The notes: generated by a model from the sequence alone, not told the origin. Positions 52,522 to 63,678 are shown, numbered from the stretch's first letter. The stretch: 64,000 nt of DNA from Spirochaetia bacterium (GCA_965208575.1 CBDBOV010000005.1:352001-416000), one strand, 5' to 3'. A program made the numbers and translations.

Positions 52522-53399
52522 CCGCCCCGCTCCAGGAACGCTGCCGGGTGCTGGCCAACCGCATCGTGGCGCCGGAACACAACCTCCTGACCGTAGCCAC
52601 CGATGAGATCGGTCGGCGTGCGCAGGCGGGCCAGTTCGTCCAGATCCGGGTGCCCGGCGGCGCGGTGTTCCTGCCGCGCCCATTCAGCTTCCTGGCGGCT
52701 GAGGACGACCGCTGCACCTTCCTGTCGCGGGCCATCGGACCGGGCACGCGTGCCTTGGCCGGCTTGGCTGACGGCGCCGAACTGGACCTGCTCGGCCCAC
52801 TGGGCCACGGCTTCGACCTGGCCGCGGCGGCGGCGGGCGAGGTGATCCTGGTAGGCGGCGGGGTAGGGGTGCCGCCCCTGGTGCACGCCGCCGCCGAACT
52901 GGCGCCGCTTACCGGCACCGCCCTGATCGGCGCCGCCCGCGCCGGCTTCCTGCTGTGCGAGCAGGAGTTCGCCGACCTCGGGTGGCACGTGCAACCCGCC
53001 ACCGACGACGGCTCCCGCGGCCACCACGGCCTCGTGACCGACCTCCTGGACCAGGCCCTGGCGTGTTCGCCGCGGCAGGGAGAGACCGTTCGGCAGCCGG
53101 CTCCGGCGCCGCAGGAGATGGAACCGCGCGCGGTAAGCGCTATCGAACCGAGCCAACGGCGTCCGACCGTGCTGGCGTGCGGTCCGCACCCCATGCTGCG
53201 CCGCTGCGCCGAGTTGGCCGCCGCGACCGGCGCCGCCTGCCAGGTCGCCCTGGAAGAGCCGATGGCGTGCGGCTTCGGCGTCTGCCTCGGCTGCGCCATC
53301 CGCGTCCACGTCCGCAATTCGGACGATCCCCCCGGCCCGGCCTACGCCCTGGTCTGCCGCGACGGCCCCGTCTTCCCCGCCCAACACGTGCTGTGGTAG
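52500..53399 (+). CDS. pyrK: Dihydroorotate dehydrogenase electron-transfer subunit
   Basis: RPFS, GPLGHGF, GGGVG and [11 protein letters not shown]...CRDGPVF motifs. TTG start inferred. Confidence 0.9.
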
Positions 53400-54346
53400 C
53401 TCCGAGCCTGTCGGTCGATCTCGGAACACTACGGCTGGCCAATCCGGTGCTGGTGGCGTCGGGGACATTCGGCTACGCGAGCGAGTTGGCGGGGATGGTG
53501 GATCTGGCGCGGTTGGGGGGGATCGTTACCAAGACGGTGACCGTGAAGCCGCGGCCGGGCAATCCGCCGCCGCGCATCGTGGAGACGCCGGCCGGGATGC
53601 TCAATGCGATCGGGCTGCAGAACGTCGGCATAGACCGGTTTGTCGTGGAGAAGCTGCCGTACCTGGCTGAGTTGGATCCGGTGGCACTGGTGTCGATCAT
53701 GGGGTACACGACCGGCGAGTTCGTGGCCCTGGCCGAGCGGCTCGATGACCTGCCGGGGGTGGACGGGCTGGAATTGAACCTGTCGTGTCCCAACGTTGCT
53801 TACGGCGCGGGCAGCGGCGCGAAGATGTTCGCCCACGAGCCGGAGCTGACCGCCGAGGCGGTAGGAGCGGTGCGAGCGGTCACCAGCCTGCCGGTGATTG
53901 CCAAGCTGGGGCCCGACGTGGCCGACATCGCCGCCATCGGGCGCGCCGCCGAGGACGCCGGTGCCGATGCGCTGGCGGTGATGAACACCATTCCCGCCAT
54001 GGTGATCGACCTGGAGAAACGGCGCCCCGTGCTCGCCAACGTTACGGGAGGGCTGTCCGGGCCGGCGATCCGGCCATTGGCGGTGCGCCTCACCTACCAG
54101 TTGGCGGGTGCCGTGAACATACCGGTGGTGGGCATCGGCGGCATCATGGATCACCGCGACGCACTGCAGTTCCTGCTGGCCGGGGCGAGCGCGCTACAGG
54201 TCGGCACCGCCACCTTCACCAACCCACGTGCGGCGCTGGAGGTGCTGGACGGTCTGAGGGGCTATCTTCGAGACACCGGCGTGGAGCGCATCACCGACCT
54301 GATCGGCGCCGCGCAACCGCCGGCCGCGCAGGAGGAGTCGCAGTGA
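53393..54346 (+). CDS. pyrD: Dihydroorotate dehydrogenase (family 1B)
   Basis: ASGTFG, NAIGLQN, LNLSCPN and GGLSGPAIRP motifs. Confidence 0.95.
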   Translation: MVAPSLSVDLGTLRLANPVLVASGTFGYASELAGMVDLARLGGIVTKTVTVKPRPGNPPPRIVETPAGMLNAIGLQNVGIDRFVVEKLPYLAELDPVALVSIMGYTTGEFVALAERLDDLPGVDGLELNLSCPNVAYGAGSGAKMFAHEPELTAEAVGAVRAVTSLPVIAKLGPDVADIAAIGRAAEDAGADALAVMNTIPAMVIDLEKRRPVLANVTGGLSGPAIRPLAVRLTYQLAGAVNIPVVGIGGIMDHRDALQFLLAGASALQVGTATFTNPRAALEVLDGLRGYLRDTGVERITDLIGAAQPPAAQEESQ

Positions 54347-54418
54347 ATCACACCACCGAGCCGCTGTCACGGGGCGGCGGTCGCCCGCCGTCGAGCTACC
54401 AAGTTGGAGACGCGCGCG

Positions 54419-55237
54419 ATGAGTAGTGCAACCGAGTCGTCGTCGCAGGCGGCGCCGGCGCCGGCAGCCGAACGTGCGGGCGCGGAGGAGTCGCGGCGCC
54501 TGGACTGGCTGATCGTCGGCCTGGACGTGCCCGACCTGGAGCGGGCGCGGCCGCTGGTGCGGGCACTCGCCGGCCGGGTTGGCGCGCTCAAGATCGGGCC
54601 GGTGCTGTTTACCCGCGCCGGCTCCGCGGCCGTCGACCTGGTGCACGAGCACGGCGGGCGGGTGTTCCTGGACCTGAAGTGGCACGACATCCCCAACACC
54701 GTGGCCGAAGCCTGCCGGTCCGCCGCGGAGCAGGGCGTGTGGATGGTGAACGTGCATGCCGCCGGCGGCGTACGCATGCTGGCCGCCGCGCGCGATGCCC
54801 TGGAGCAGGCCCGGCAGCCGGACACCGTGCGCCCGCTTCTCATCGCCGTAACCGTCCTCACCAGCCTCGACGCCTCCGATCTGGAAGCAACCGGCGTCGC
54901 CGGCTCCCCCGTGGAGCAGGCGGAGCGCCTGGCCGCCCTGGCGGAGCGCGGCGGTGCCGACGGCCTTGTCACCTCCGGCCTCGAGGTAGCGGCTCTGCAC
55001 GCCCGCTGGCCGCACTTCAACCTGGTCGTGCCCGGCATCCGCCCGCGGTGGCTCACCGCCCGCGGCCCCGCCCGCGTCGACGACCAGCGCCGCACCGGCA
55101 CCCCGGCCGCCGCCCTCGCAGCAGGCGCCAGCCAAGTGGTCATCGCCCGTCCCATCATCACGCATGGCGATCCCGCACAAGCCGTGCGCCTGACAGCGGA
55201 AGAAGTAACTGCCGAGCGTTGGCTCAGTCCGGTATGA
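54419..55237 (+). CDS. pyrF: Orotidine-5'-phosphate decarboxylase
   Basis: FLDLKWHDIPNTV, PGIR and DDQRR motifs. Confidence 0.95.
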   Translation: MSSATESSSQAAPAPAAERAGAEESRRLDWLIVGLDVPDLERARPLVRALAGRVGALKIGPVLFTRAGSAAVDLVHEHGGRVFLDLKWHDIPNTVAEACRSAAEQGVWMVNVHAAGGVRMLAAARDALEQARQPDTVRPLLIAVTVLTSLDASDLEATGVAGSPVEQAERLAALAERGGADGLVTSGLEVAALHARWPHFNLVVPGIRPRWLTARGPARVDDQRRTGTPAAALAAGASQVVIARPIITHGDPAQAVRLTAEEVTAERWLSPV

Positions 55238-55649
55238 GGCGCTTGCCCATGCTGACGGAGTCGTCCTCGGTGAATCCGAGCGAGTGGTAGAATTCGACGG
55301 CTTCAGCGTTCGAGCGTCTGATCTGCAGGTTGATCTTCGGGCAGTCTATCGCTCGCAGGCGTGCCTCCGCCTCGTCCATCAGGCGGCGGCCGAAGCCACG
55401 GCCGCGGCACTCCTTGGCCACTGCCAGGTAGTTGATCCAGCCGCGATGGCCCTCATATCCGGCCATCAGTGTCGCGACCAGCCGGCCATCCAGCGTCCCG
55501 ACCAGGAACAGGTCCCGCTGGACGCGCAGCTTGCGGTGGATGTCCTTCACGGGGTCGTTCCACGGCCTGACCAGCCCGCACTCGCGCCACAGTGCTACCG
55601 CGGCGCCCTGGTCGGACTCCCGGTACACCCGAATATGCAGCGCATCCAT
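55224..55649 (-). CDS. GNAT family acetyltransferase (YpeA-like)
   Basis: GLVRPWNDP, MAGYEGHRGWINYLAV and PKINLQIR motifs. Confidence 0.9.
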   Translation of the reverse strand: MDALHIRVYRESDQGAAVALWRECGLVRPWNDPVKDIHRKLRVQRDLFLVGTLDGRLVATLMAGYEGHRGWINYLAVAKECRGRGFGRRLMDEAEARLRAIDCPKINLQIRRSNAEAVEFYHSLGFTEDDSVSMGKRLIPD

Positions 55650-55743
55650 CGCAGGTCCGTCAGCCCTCGGCATGTCCACACCTTGGTCCAATGTGTGGAC
55701 AGGACACAAGGATCAGGCGTCGGGGGGCAGTTCCTCGCGAGTG

Positions 55744-58116
55744 TCATCCGGCGCGGGCGATGGCAGAGCGGAGTAGATCAAGTTCGGCGGCGTACGTGGC
55801 AGCCGTCGCTCCAAACCGTTCGGCGGCTCTTACCAGCAGGCGCATGTGCGTAACGTCCTCGGCATACTGTGCCAGCCGCCGCTGGTGACCGGCGCGGGTC
55901 TTGGTGCAGACCAGCGTGTACGGTCTGCCCTTGCGCTCGGTCTCGTGGAGCAGGTCGAGCCCGTTGTCGTCGATGATTCCGTGTACATGCCGGCGCAGTT
56001 CCTTGCGGAGTGGAAGGCGCAGTACGCGTTCCCGCGGGTCGGCGTAGAAGCGTTGCAGACGGCGGCAACGGGGGCAGTCGCACGGAATCGACGCGTCCAG
56101 CGCCCAGTCGCTCGGCGGTGTGGGTGGTAGTACGCTGCGAGTCAGCAGATAGCCGGCGGCATGGCGCCACAGCGTGTCGAATGCCGGGGCTGCCTTGGGA
56201 CGGTGCGTGAGGGTCGCAAGTTCCGACAGCGCAGCCGGCAGCGTCCGACCGGGCGGTGCGGCGGCCGGGTGCTCGACCAGCAGGGCGGCGGCGGCGTCCG
56301 ATTCCCCGGTCAGATCGAAGTGCCAGGCGAGGGCCAGCAGGTTGCGGATCGTGGCGGCATCCAGGGCAGGCGGAGGTTTGCGCGTAGCTCGATCCCGGCG
56401 CGTGTCGGTGTGCCGCTCGAGGGCGCCGGCGACGGTGCGCAACACGAGTTGCGTGGCGTGGAGCAGCGCCTCCTGCCGGTTGGCGTCCCGGACTTCGTTC
56501 GCAATCTCGACGAGCCGCCACACGAGGTCGATCACCCCGTCCGGCTGGTGCGCAAGATTCGCGCCGATGAAGTCCGGCAGCCAGTCGCGGAGCGCTGCCG
56601 GGAGAACCACCGTGGCAAGCGCCGCGTTCAGCCCGCCCGAGTAGTTCGCGGTGACAACGTCGCGCAAGAAGCGGAGCGTGATGGACTGGTCACCAAGCCG
56701 GAACAGCAGCCGCAACGCGGCTTGGCAGCTCTGCTCGACTTCGGGCCGGCGCCCCGGCGGCGGCGCTGGCCACGTGTCGATTAGCTGCGCAGCAAGCCCT
56801 CGCAGGCGGACGTGCGCGGCGTCCGACCGGCCGCTGCGCTCCAACTCTTCGGCCACGCAGGCAACCATCGCACCGGCGCCAGCGGCCGCCAGGGTCGCAA
56901 GTGCCCTGTCTCGCGGCCACACCACCAGCGCTGCCGAGCGATACGCCCGCTCGATCTCGACGCCCGCGTTACCGGTGGCCTCGTTTACCCACTCATCATC
57001 CGGGTCGACGCCGTCCAGGGCTCCGGCGGGCAGCAGCTCACCGGCCCGCAAGCGCAGCTTGCCGTACGCCGGCTTGGCGTCATCCGGAGCTACCCAGCCA
57101 TCGAGCCAGTGATCGGAGTCGATCACCTCACCCGCTTCCAGGTCGCTGTCGGTCGGATCGTAACCATACGGCAGGTCCTGCGGGTGCTCGGCGGCGCACA
57201 CTTCCTCAATGTGGAGGATCGCCGCGTGCAGGGCACAGCCGGTGCGCCGTGCGGCCTTGACCAGGGTGCGGGCCACGGCGGCGTCGGTGTTCTTCAGGGC
57301 CGCGAACGAGAGTCCTTCCTCGCTGTACTCGTGATCCAGCAACCAGACGATTTTCTCCGCCCCGCCCGTGCTCCGGTCCCATTGCTTCAGCAGCGTGGCG
57401 ACACGCTCGGTCACCGCGTCGTAGTCCGGGGCTCGCTGCAGCGCACCGTCGCTCCCATCGCGCAACAGCAGTTGGTATACGAGGACGATGCGGTGACCGG
57501 TGACGACCGGCCTGGTTTCGTGGACGCAGTCGGCGTAGAACGCCGCGAACGCGAGTTCCGATGGATCTTCGGTGCGCAGGTCGATCACCGCTTCGTGGTG
57601 CTTGTGGCGGATGACCAGTTCGCCGCCCGTGCCGGCCACCGGCAGCGAGATCACCAGCGTGGCGACCATGCCGGTCGCCTTCTCGCTGTCGCGGTGGGCG
57701 CTGAAGAATCCTCCCGGCTCGTAGACCAGCAGCTTGTAGAGCCGCGCTTCGGTACGCTCGCGCGGGCAGCCCAGGCCGTCGGCGGCCCGGCCGACGATCT
57801 GCGACAGCGTGTCGTTCCATGCCCCGCCGCCCACGTCCACCTTGCCGGCGTCGATCTGCCAGCAGTCGCGCACCGAGCGGTCCAGCACGGTGTCCGGTCC
57901 CTTGCCGTATGGCGCCCGTTCGGCAACCGCCACCAGTGCGTCGGCTTGGGCGGGCGGCACCGGGAAGGAGATCAACCCGGCACCGGCAACCTCCAGGCGA
58001 GGCAGTGGCACGAACAGCCGGCCGTGTGTGCAGTACTCGCCGGGGCGGTCGATCGACTCTATCAACCCTTCAAGGGCCGACTGAGCCGGGTGGTATGCTA
58101 CGTCGAAGTTCGGCAT
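55744..58116 (-). CDS. Large 2OG-Fe(II) oxygenase superfamily protein
   Basis: LYKLLVY..GGFF.AHRD and H...PV..GHR motifs, followed by a long helical C-terminal region. Confidence 0.82.
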   Translation of the reverse strand: MPNFDVAYHPAQSALEGLIESIDRPGEYCTHGRLFVPLPRLEVAGAGLISFPVPPAQADALVAVAERAPYGKGPDTVLDRSVRDCWQIDAGKVDVGGGAWNDTLSQIVGRAADGLGCPRERTEARLYKLLVYEPGGFFSAHRDSEKATGMVATLVISLPVAGTGGELVIRHKHHEAVIDLRTEDPSELAFAAFYADCVHETRPVVTGHRIVLVYQLLLRDGSDGALQRAPDYDAVTERVATLLKQWDRSTGGAEKIVWLLDHEYSEEGLSFAALKNTDAAVARTLVKAARRTGCALHAAILHIEEVCAAEHPQDLPYGYDPTDSDLEAGEVIDSDHWLDGWVAPDDAKPAYGKLRLRAGELLPAGALDGVDPDDEWVNEATGNAGVEIERAYRSAALVVWPRDRALATLAAAGAGAMVACVAEELERSGRSDAAHVRLRGLAAQLIDTWPAPPPGRRPEVEQSCQAALRLLFRLGDQSITLRFLRDVVTANYSGGLNAALATVVLPAALRDWLPDFIGANLAHQPDGVIDLVWRLVEIANEVRDANRQEALLHATQLVLRTVAGALERHTDTRRDRATRKPPPALDAATIRNLLALAWHFDLTGESDAAAALLVEHPAAAPPGRTLPAALSELATLTHRPKAAPAFDTLWRHAAGYLLTRSVLPPTPPSDWALDASIPCDCPRCRRLQRFYADPRERVLRLPLRKELRRHVHGIIDDNGLDLLHETERKGRPYTLVCTKTRAGHQRRLAQYAEDVTHMRLLVRAAERFGATAATYAAELDLLRSAIARAG

Positions 58117-58318
58117 GGTCCCTGTGCTGGCCGGGAGTGTAGCCCCCCCGACCGCCGCCGCGCCACCGACCGGCAAAGATGGAGCTCTCGCGGCGGGTCG
58201 GAACACACCTATCCGTGAGTCACTCCGCTCAAGTCCGGCGATCAGCCTTGGTTGAAGTCCCGCCGGCACGTTGCCGGGAGGGGCGGTACCGGGTAGCATC
58301 GTACCGCGAGGTACAGGG

Positions 58319-59242
58319 GTGGCATTCACCATAGCCGATGTTCGGGATCTGGTGCGGCTGCTGGACGAACGGCCGGAGTGGCGCGCCGAGGTGCGCCGCC
58401 AGCTTCTCACCGACGAGTTCCTGGCGCTGCCGGGTCAGGTCGTGGAGCAGCGGCGGGACATCCAGCGGATCGAAGAGCAGATTGCCGAGCAACGCCGGGA
58501 CATCCAGCGGATCGAAGGGCAGATTGCGGAGCAACGCCAAGACATCCAACGGATCGAAGGGCAGATTGCGGAGCAGCGCCGGGACATCCAGCGGATCGAA
58601 GAGCAGATTGCGGAGCAGCGGCGGGACATCCAGCGGATCGAAGAGCAGATCGCGGAGCATCGCCTGGAGATGGAGCGGCGCTTTCAGCGGATCGAGCAAG
58701 AGATGGTGGAGCAGCGGCGTGAGACCGACCGGCGTTTTCAGCAGGTCGAAGATCAGATCGCAGCCCTGACCCGTGCCGTCGACACCCTCGTAAATGACGT
58801 CGGCGAGTTGAAGGGAGACAGTCTGGAGCGCCGCTACCGGGAGAAGGCGCCCGCCTACTTCGGCCGTCTGTTGCGGCGTGCCCACGTCCTGACCAGCGAC
58901 GAACTCGACGAGTTGCTCGACGACGCCGTCGAGCGGGGCGTGTTGACCGAAAACGAGTACCACGAACTGACCTGGGCGGACGCCATCGTGCGCGGCCGCC
59001 GCCGCAGTGACCGCGCGCAGGTCGTGGCCGTCGCCGAGGTGTCGTGGGGGGTGGGAATCAAGGACGTGGAACGCGCGGTGCGCCGCGCGGACCTGCTCGC
59101 CCGCCTGGGCCTGACCACGCTACCGGTCGTGGGCGGCAAAGCGGTGACCAGGGAGGCCGCCGAGTTGGCCCGGCAGCAAGGGGTGTGGCAACTGTTCGAC
59201 GGCAGGCTGGTAGCCCCCGCCGCGGCCGGCGAACCCGGATAG
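58319..59242 (+). CDS. Coiled-coil tandem-repeat protein with a C-terminal PD-(D/E)XK-like domain
   Basis: DLVRLLDERPEWR N-terminus, repeats, LKGDSLE and AD...AEVS. Confidence 0.75.
   Translation: MAFTIADVRDLVRLLDERPEWRAEVRRQLLTDEFLALPGQVVEQRRDIQRIEEQIAEQRRDIQRIEGQIAEQRQDIQRIEGQIAEQRRDIQRIEEQIAEQRRDIQRIEEQIAEHRLEMERRFQRIEQEMVEQRRETDRRFQQVEDQIAALTRAVDTLVNDVGELKGDSLERRYREKAPAYFGRLLRRAHVLTSDELDELLDDAVERGVLTENEYHELTWADAIVRGRRRSDRAQVVAVAEVSWGVGIKDVERAVRRADLLARLGLTTLPVVGGKAVTREAAELARQQGVWQLFDGRLVAPAAAGEPG
58445..58654 (+). repeat. Five tandem 42-bp repeats encoding EQRRDIQRIE(E/G)QIA
   Basis: Direct inspection of the sequence. Confidence 0.92.
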
Positions 59243-59463
59243 CACTGCAACCTCGCCGCCTGCCGGCGCTGCCCTTTGGCACATCCCGTCCGTTGCCGCG
59301 CAGCGCCGACCTCGTCGCTCACCCCTCGATGACCCGGAAGGCGATGTCGACTGCGGTAAACCGCGCCTCGCCGAGGCTGCCGGGCGGCGCGGCGCGGGCA
59401 GCAATCAGCGCTCCTTCCGCCGGCGCACACCGGAATCGGGAGAAGCGCGGCGGTGCGCCCGTG

Positions 59464-60519
59464 TCACCGCGCGAGGATGGCGCGCACCGTCGGCCTGTGG
59501 GTAACGCTCACCGGCACCTTGTGATCCCCGGTGAGGCGCAGCAGCGTGCGCCTGCCGCTGCGTACCGATCTGGTCACGTGGCGGGTAGCCACCCAGTAAC
59601 TGCGGTGCACCTGGATGCCGCGGTCACCGAGCTCGTCCACCGCGTCCGAGAACCGCATCTTGATGAGGCCCGAGCCGACGGTGGTGTGCACTTCGAGATA
59701 GTGATCCTCGCTCTTGATGTAGACGAGGTCCGTTCCCAGCCGATCAGGCAGTAGTTGCAGCACGGTGCCGACCCGCCCGGCGGGCCGTTGAGGAGCGCGT
59801 TCACGTGGGTCGGCAGGTCGCTGTTCCGCCGCCGGCATCTCGTCTCCTGGTTGCACCTGCGAATCCGCAGTTTCGGCCTGAGCGTCGGCCGAGGCGCCGT
59901 CGGGTGCAACGTCCGGCGACGGGCAGTTGGGTTCCGAGCGATGTTGTTCGGTCTTGTGTGCGACCGTGTCGGTCGCTCCGAGCGGCTCGCCCGCCGCATC
60001 GGCGGGCGCCCGGCCACCACCGGCATCCGTGGCCGACCGGCCATGCCTGATGCGTTGCCACATCATGTAGAAATAGAGAACGCTGCAGACCACGGTCGTG
60101 GTCGCGACCAGCAGATATACCTCGAGCGGGCCGAGCTCGGGTGGCAGGGTGCGGATGACCAAGCGGTCGATCATCAGCGTCCACGCCGTATTCGGGAGTG
60201 CCACGATCAACGCCGCCGTCACCACGCCCGCCAGTGCCTCGGCCGGATTTCGATAACGCAGCACATAGAGCGTCACGACGGTGAGTGAGTAGTGCACGGG
60301 CCATCCCTCGACGGCACAGAGCGCGCCGTATGCCCAGCGATCCAGGAGATCCGCTACCGAGTAGGAGCCGAGGGGGCCGATCAGTGAATACACGGACGCT
60401 ACCGTAAGGCAGGTGGCGATGGTGACCTTCACCATGCGCGCGCTCAGCATTTCGACATAGCCACGCTCCATCGTCGCCGGCCGAGTTCTCCCGGCGCGCG
60501 TGCCGGATGTGTCGGTCAC
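59464..60519 (-). CDS. Membrane-anchored LytTR-family transcriptional regulator
   Basis: About 4 N-terminal TM segments, a disordered linker, and EDHYLEVHT...GIQVHRSYWV...PVS. Confidence 0.85.
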   Translation of the reverse strand: MTDTSGTRAGRTRPATMERGYVEMLSARMVKVTIATCLTVASVYSLIGPLGSYSVADLLDRWAYGALCAVEGWPVHYSLTVVTLYVLRYRNPAEALAGVVTAALIVALPNTAWTLMIDRLVIRTLPPELGPLEVYLLVATTTVVCSVLYFYMMWQRIRHGRSATDAGGGRAPADAAGEPLGATDTVAHKTEQHRSEPNCPSPDVAPDGASADAQAETADSQVQPGDEMPAAEQRPADPRERAPQRPAGRVGTVLQLLPDRLGTDLVYIKSEDHYLEVHTTVGSGLIKMRFSDAVDELGDRGIQVHRSYWVATRHVTRSVRSGRRTLLRLTGDHKVPVSVTHRPTVRAILAR

Positions 60520-60617
60520 GTGGCTACCGACCGGGTACGCCGGTATCGTGCTGGGCAGGGATGCAACTCCCGTGACAACCGCCCCGAGCGGGGAACGGTT
60601 TGGCGATCCGCTCCGAT

Positions 60618-61807
60618 CTATCCATCGCTTCGGTCGAGAGCCCCCTCGTCCCTTGGAAGAATCCCACCGACCGCTTGCACGAGCCTCGTGAGTTCTGCGC
60701 GGCAGGACACCCCGAGCTTTGCGTAAGCCTGTTTGATATGCCAGCGCACGGTATGTTCCCCTCGCCCGATCGTCCCTCGGACTTCCCGGATCGATTTTCC
60801 CTCGGCGACCAGGGCCGCGACTTCGCTCTCGGCCGCCGACAGCCCGAGACTCGTTCTCAGCACGTGTCGATCAATTCGTCCCTGGTTGTTCGGTTCGATG
60901 GCCAGCACCAGCGCAGCCGGGCGCAGGGATCGGAAGCCGGTGTCCCGGTCCTCAACCGGCGTGACGTGCAGTGCGATCGATGATGGGTAGTTGTTTGGGC
61001 GCCTCACCAACAGAGACCCGCTCTCGCCTTGTCCTCCGAAGCGTGGCAGAGCTCGAACCAGCAGCCGTTGGAGGTCAGTGTTGTCGCTCGGCTCCGAGAG
61101 ATGGAGCAGCCCGGTGCGATCGGACAGAAGAGCCCCTTGGCGGAACAACTCCTGCGCGCGGTCGTTCGCTGCCACGACGCGTCTCCGTCGGTCGAGCTGA
61201 ATTACCCCTGCCCGGGTGTTGTCGAGGAGCCCCTCAAGCGTGGTCTGCAGAGCACGGGCTGCAACCAGTGCGTGACGCATCCGGACGAACTGACGAACGT
61301 GCGGCAGCAGTCGCTTGACCATGTCGATCTGACCGGTGGACCACCCGTTGCCGTCACTCGGATCTGCGATCCCCCAGACGATTCGTGACCCGCCAGGTCC
61401 ATCGAGGCGGACATTCAACCCGTCCTGGAAATGGTAGCGCGGCATTATCTCGTTGTAGGTCACCGACTGCTCCAACCGCGATTCGGAAAGCACAATTCGG
61501 TGACGTGGACAACCTTGCCGTCCGGCAGGCGCCTCAGTCGCGGCACGTGTTCATCCGCCGGGTAGTCGTTGGCAAGGTACTCCTGTTCCCATTCGCTGCG
61601 ATGCTCGCCTCGGTAGCAGAACCGCATGAAGAGTGGCTCGATGGCGTCGTTCCGCTCTGTCGTGTCTGTCGTGCGAAGTACCAGGTGATTGCCCTTGGCT
61701 ACGCAAGCCTCGTCGATGAGGGCAGACACGGCGACCCAGTGGGACTCGTCGAGCATTGCCTCATGCACACCGGCGAGGATGCGCTCGAACCTTTCTCGAG
61801 GGTTCAT
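60618..61807 (-). pseudogene. PAS plus LuxR-type HTH regulator, frameshifted near 61492
   Basis: HVTEL|LSESRL is broken by a 2-bp TG duplication. C-terminal GLSAAESEVA...TVRWHIK..YAKLG. Confidence 0.8.
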
Positions 61808-61957
61808 TTCGCTTCTTCCACCATGTCCTATTCTGGATCGAACGGTCGTTCCTGTCACTACCAGAATTGGTAGAAACAGCTATGTTTTGGAGCGGGGGGA
61901 TGCCGCGCCTCGGTGGTCTTCGAGTATGCGCCGGACGAGCGTGCGGTACGGCGGTAG

Positions 61958-63013
61958 TCAGCGGCGCAGGGCGGCACGCACTGCAGGCAGGTGGGTCACG
62001 CTCACCGGAACCCGGTGGTCTCCGGTGAGGCGCAGCAGCGTGCGCTTGCCGCTCCTGACCGATCTTGTGACGTGGCGCAATGCAACCCAGTAACTGCGGT
62101 GCACCTGAATGCCGCGGTCGCTGAGCTCGGCGACCGCGTCCGAGAATCGCATCTTGATCAAGCTCGACCCGGCGGTTGTGTGGACCTCGAGGTAGTGATC
62201 CTCACTCTTGATGTAGATGAGGTCGGTACCCAGTCTCTCGGGCAGCAGTCTCAGGAGAGCACTCGACCGGTCGGCCGGGCGTGGCGTGATGGATCGCTGC
62301 GGGACCACGACGGCCTGCTCCGCCGCCGGCCCTCCACCGTTACGTTCCCGCGGATTCGTCGAGTCGTCCTGGACGCCAACTGCAGGCGATGTGTCAGGCG
62401 ATGTGTCGCGGGAATCTGGCGGCTCGGGCCCAGTCGAACCCCCACCCTCGGAAGGCGGCGTCCCGTTTGCTTCGCTGGTGGTCGCAGGAATGGTGCGGAC
62501 CGTGCCCGTGGGCTCTGCGGGCGTTGTGTTTCTGACTCGCTGCCGCAGCAGGTACCAGGACAGCATGGTCCAGGCCCACGCCTGGACAGTGACCAGGAAA
62601 TACAATTGCAGGATGTCGAGTCTCTTGGAATAGGAGGGGTGAGCCAGAGACTCGACCGCGATTACCACCGCGCTCGCCGGAAGGGCCGAACACATCGTCG
62701 CGATCGTCAAGGCAATCCCTATCTGCAACGGCGTCCGGAAGCGAAAGAAGTACAGCGTTACCACTATCTGAGAATAGAAAATGGGCCAACACACACAGGC
62801 ATACAGCAACCCGAACGCCAAGCGTTCCGGCAGCGCCAGAGCGTCGAAAGAACCAGCCGGGCCCACGAGCGACAAGATGAAGACGAAGGCGCCACTCAAG
62901 GCGACGTTGACGCGGACCGTGTGCCCACTGAGCATTTCCCGATAGCATTGCAGCATCGATCCTCGTACATGCTTGCTGTTCGGCGGGCGCGTTGCTGGAG
63001 TCGTTCTCATCAT
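61958..63013 (-). CDS. Membrane-anchored LytTR-family regulator, paralog
   Basis: LytTR domain nearly identical to that of 59464-60519. Confidence 0.85.
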   Translation of the reverse strand: MMRTTPATRPPNSKHVRGSMLQCYREMLSGHTVRVNVALSGAFVFILSLVGPAGSFDALALPERLAFGLLYACVCWPIFYSQIVVTLYFFRFRTPLQIGIALTIATMCSALPASAVVIAVESLAHPSYSKRLDILQLYFLVTVQAWAWTMLSWYLLRQRVRNTTPAEPTGTVRTIPATTSEANGTPPSEGGGSTGPEPPDSRDTSPDTSPAVGVQDDSTNPRERNGGGPAAEQAVVVPQRSITPRPADRSSALLRLLPERLGTDLIYIKSEDHYLEVHTTAGSSLIKMRFSDAVAELSDRGIQVHRSYWVALRHVTRSVRSGKRTLLRLTGDHRVPVSVTHLPAVRAALRR

Positions 63014-63188
63014 TATTCCTGAGCACTTATCTTATCGGCACGTTCACGATCGTGCAGTGGATATGGACTCCGAGTGTCCCCTATCCGGCTCACACCGTCA
63101 AGCAGCTCCGATTCATGATCGCAAGGTGTCGTCATTCTACCAAGCGACCCTTAAACACGTGTGATCCTCCATGTATTGTTGTCTGATC

Positions 63189-63307
63189 GTTCGCGTTTCA
63201 GCGTAACCGCGCATTCATGTTCGCGATTCAGCGGTTCCGCGAACAAATTCGCGGGACGCGAATCATTCCAATTCCGGGTTCGCGAACATTCGTCGGGTTT
63301 CGCGAAC
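63189..63307. promoter_or_regulatory. Cluster of TTCGCG(AA) motifs, candidate regulator binding sites
   Basis: TTCGCG at 63190, 63220, 63248, 63279 and 63299. CGCGAA at 63238 and 63257. Confidence 0.55.
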
Positions 63308-63678
63308 TAAAGCCCTCCTTCACGCACAAGATCGTTTGTCACTGACCGGAATTTTGTTAGCCTCGTGCCACGCAAGCAGGAAATGCGGTTGTTCATCTGA
63401 CCCCTTCCGCTTGCAGGAGGGCAGGCGCGAAGGACCTGCAGCGATCGCAAGCATAGCTTGGGCGCTGCACGCAGCTTGTCCGTTCAGGGCATTCGTTGTT
63501 GCCAGATCAGCGCAGCGCTGAGACGACTGGCAAGAACGAATATGTCCATAGAAATCCGTGTCGGGGCAGGAGGTTTTGTGTACGACGTATACCGACATTC
63601 CCAATTTGTACTGACAGGGCGCGCAGTGCGGCTGTGCGCCATCGCGACGGGCTTAATCTCACAATGCGGAGGGATAAC

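Noticed and set aside
58445-58654. Possible CRISPR array
   Set aside because: Contiguous in-frame repeats with no spacers and no cas genes.
63225-63265. c-di-GMP-I-like gggacgcgaa after a hairpin
   Set aside because: No GGCAAAC or GNRA loop and no second stem. The TTCGCG repeats explain it better.
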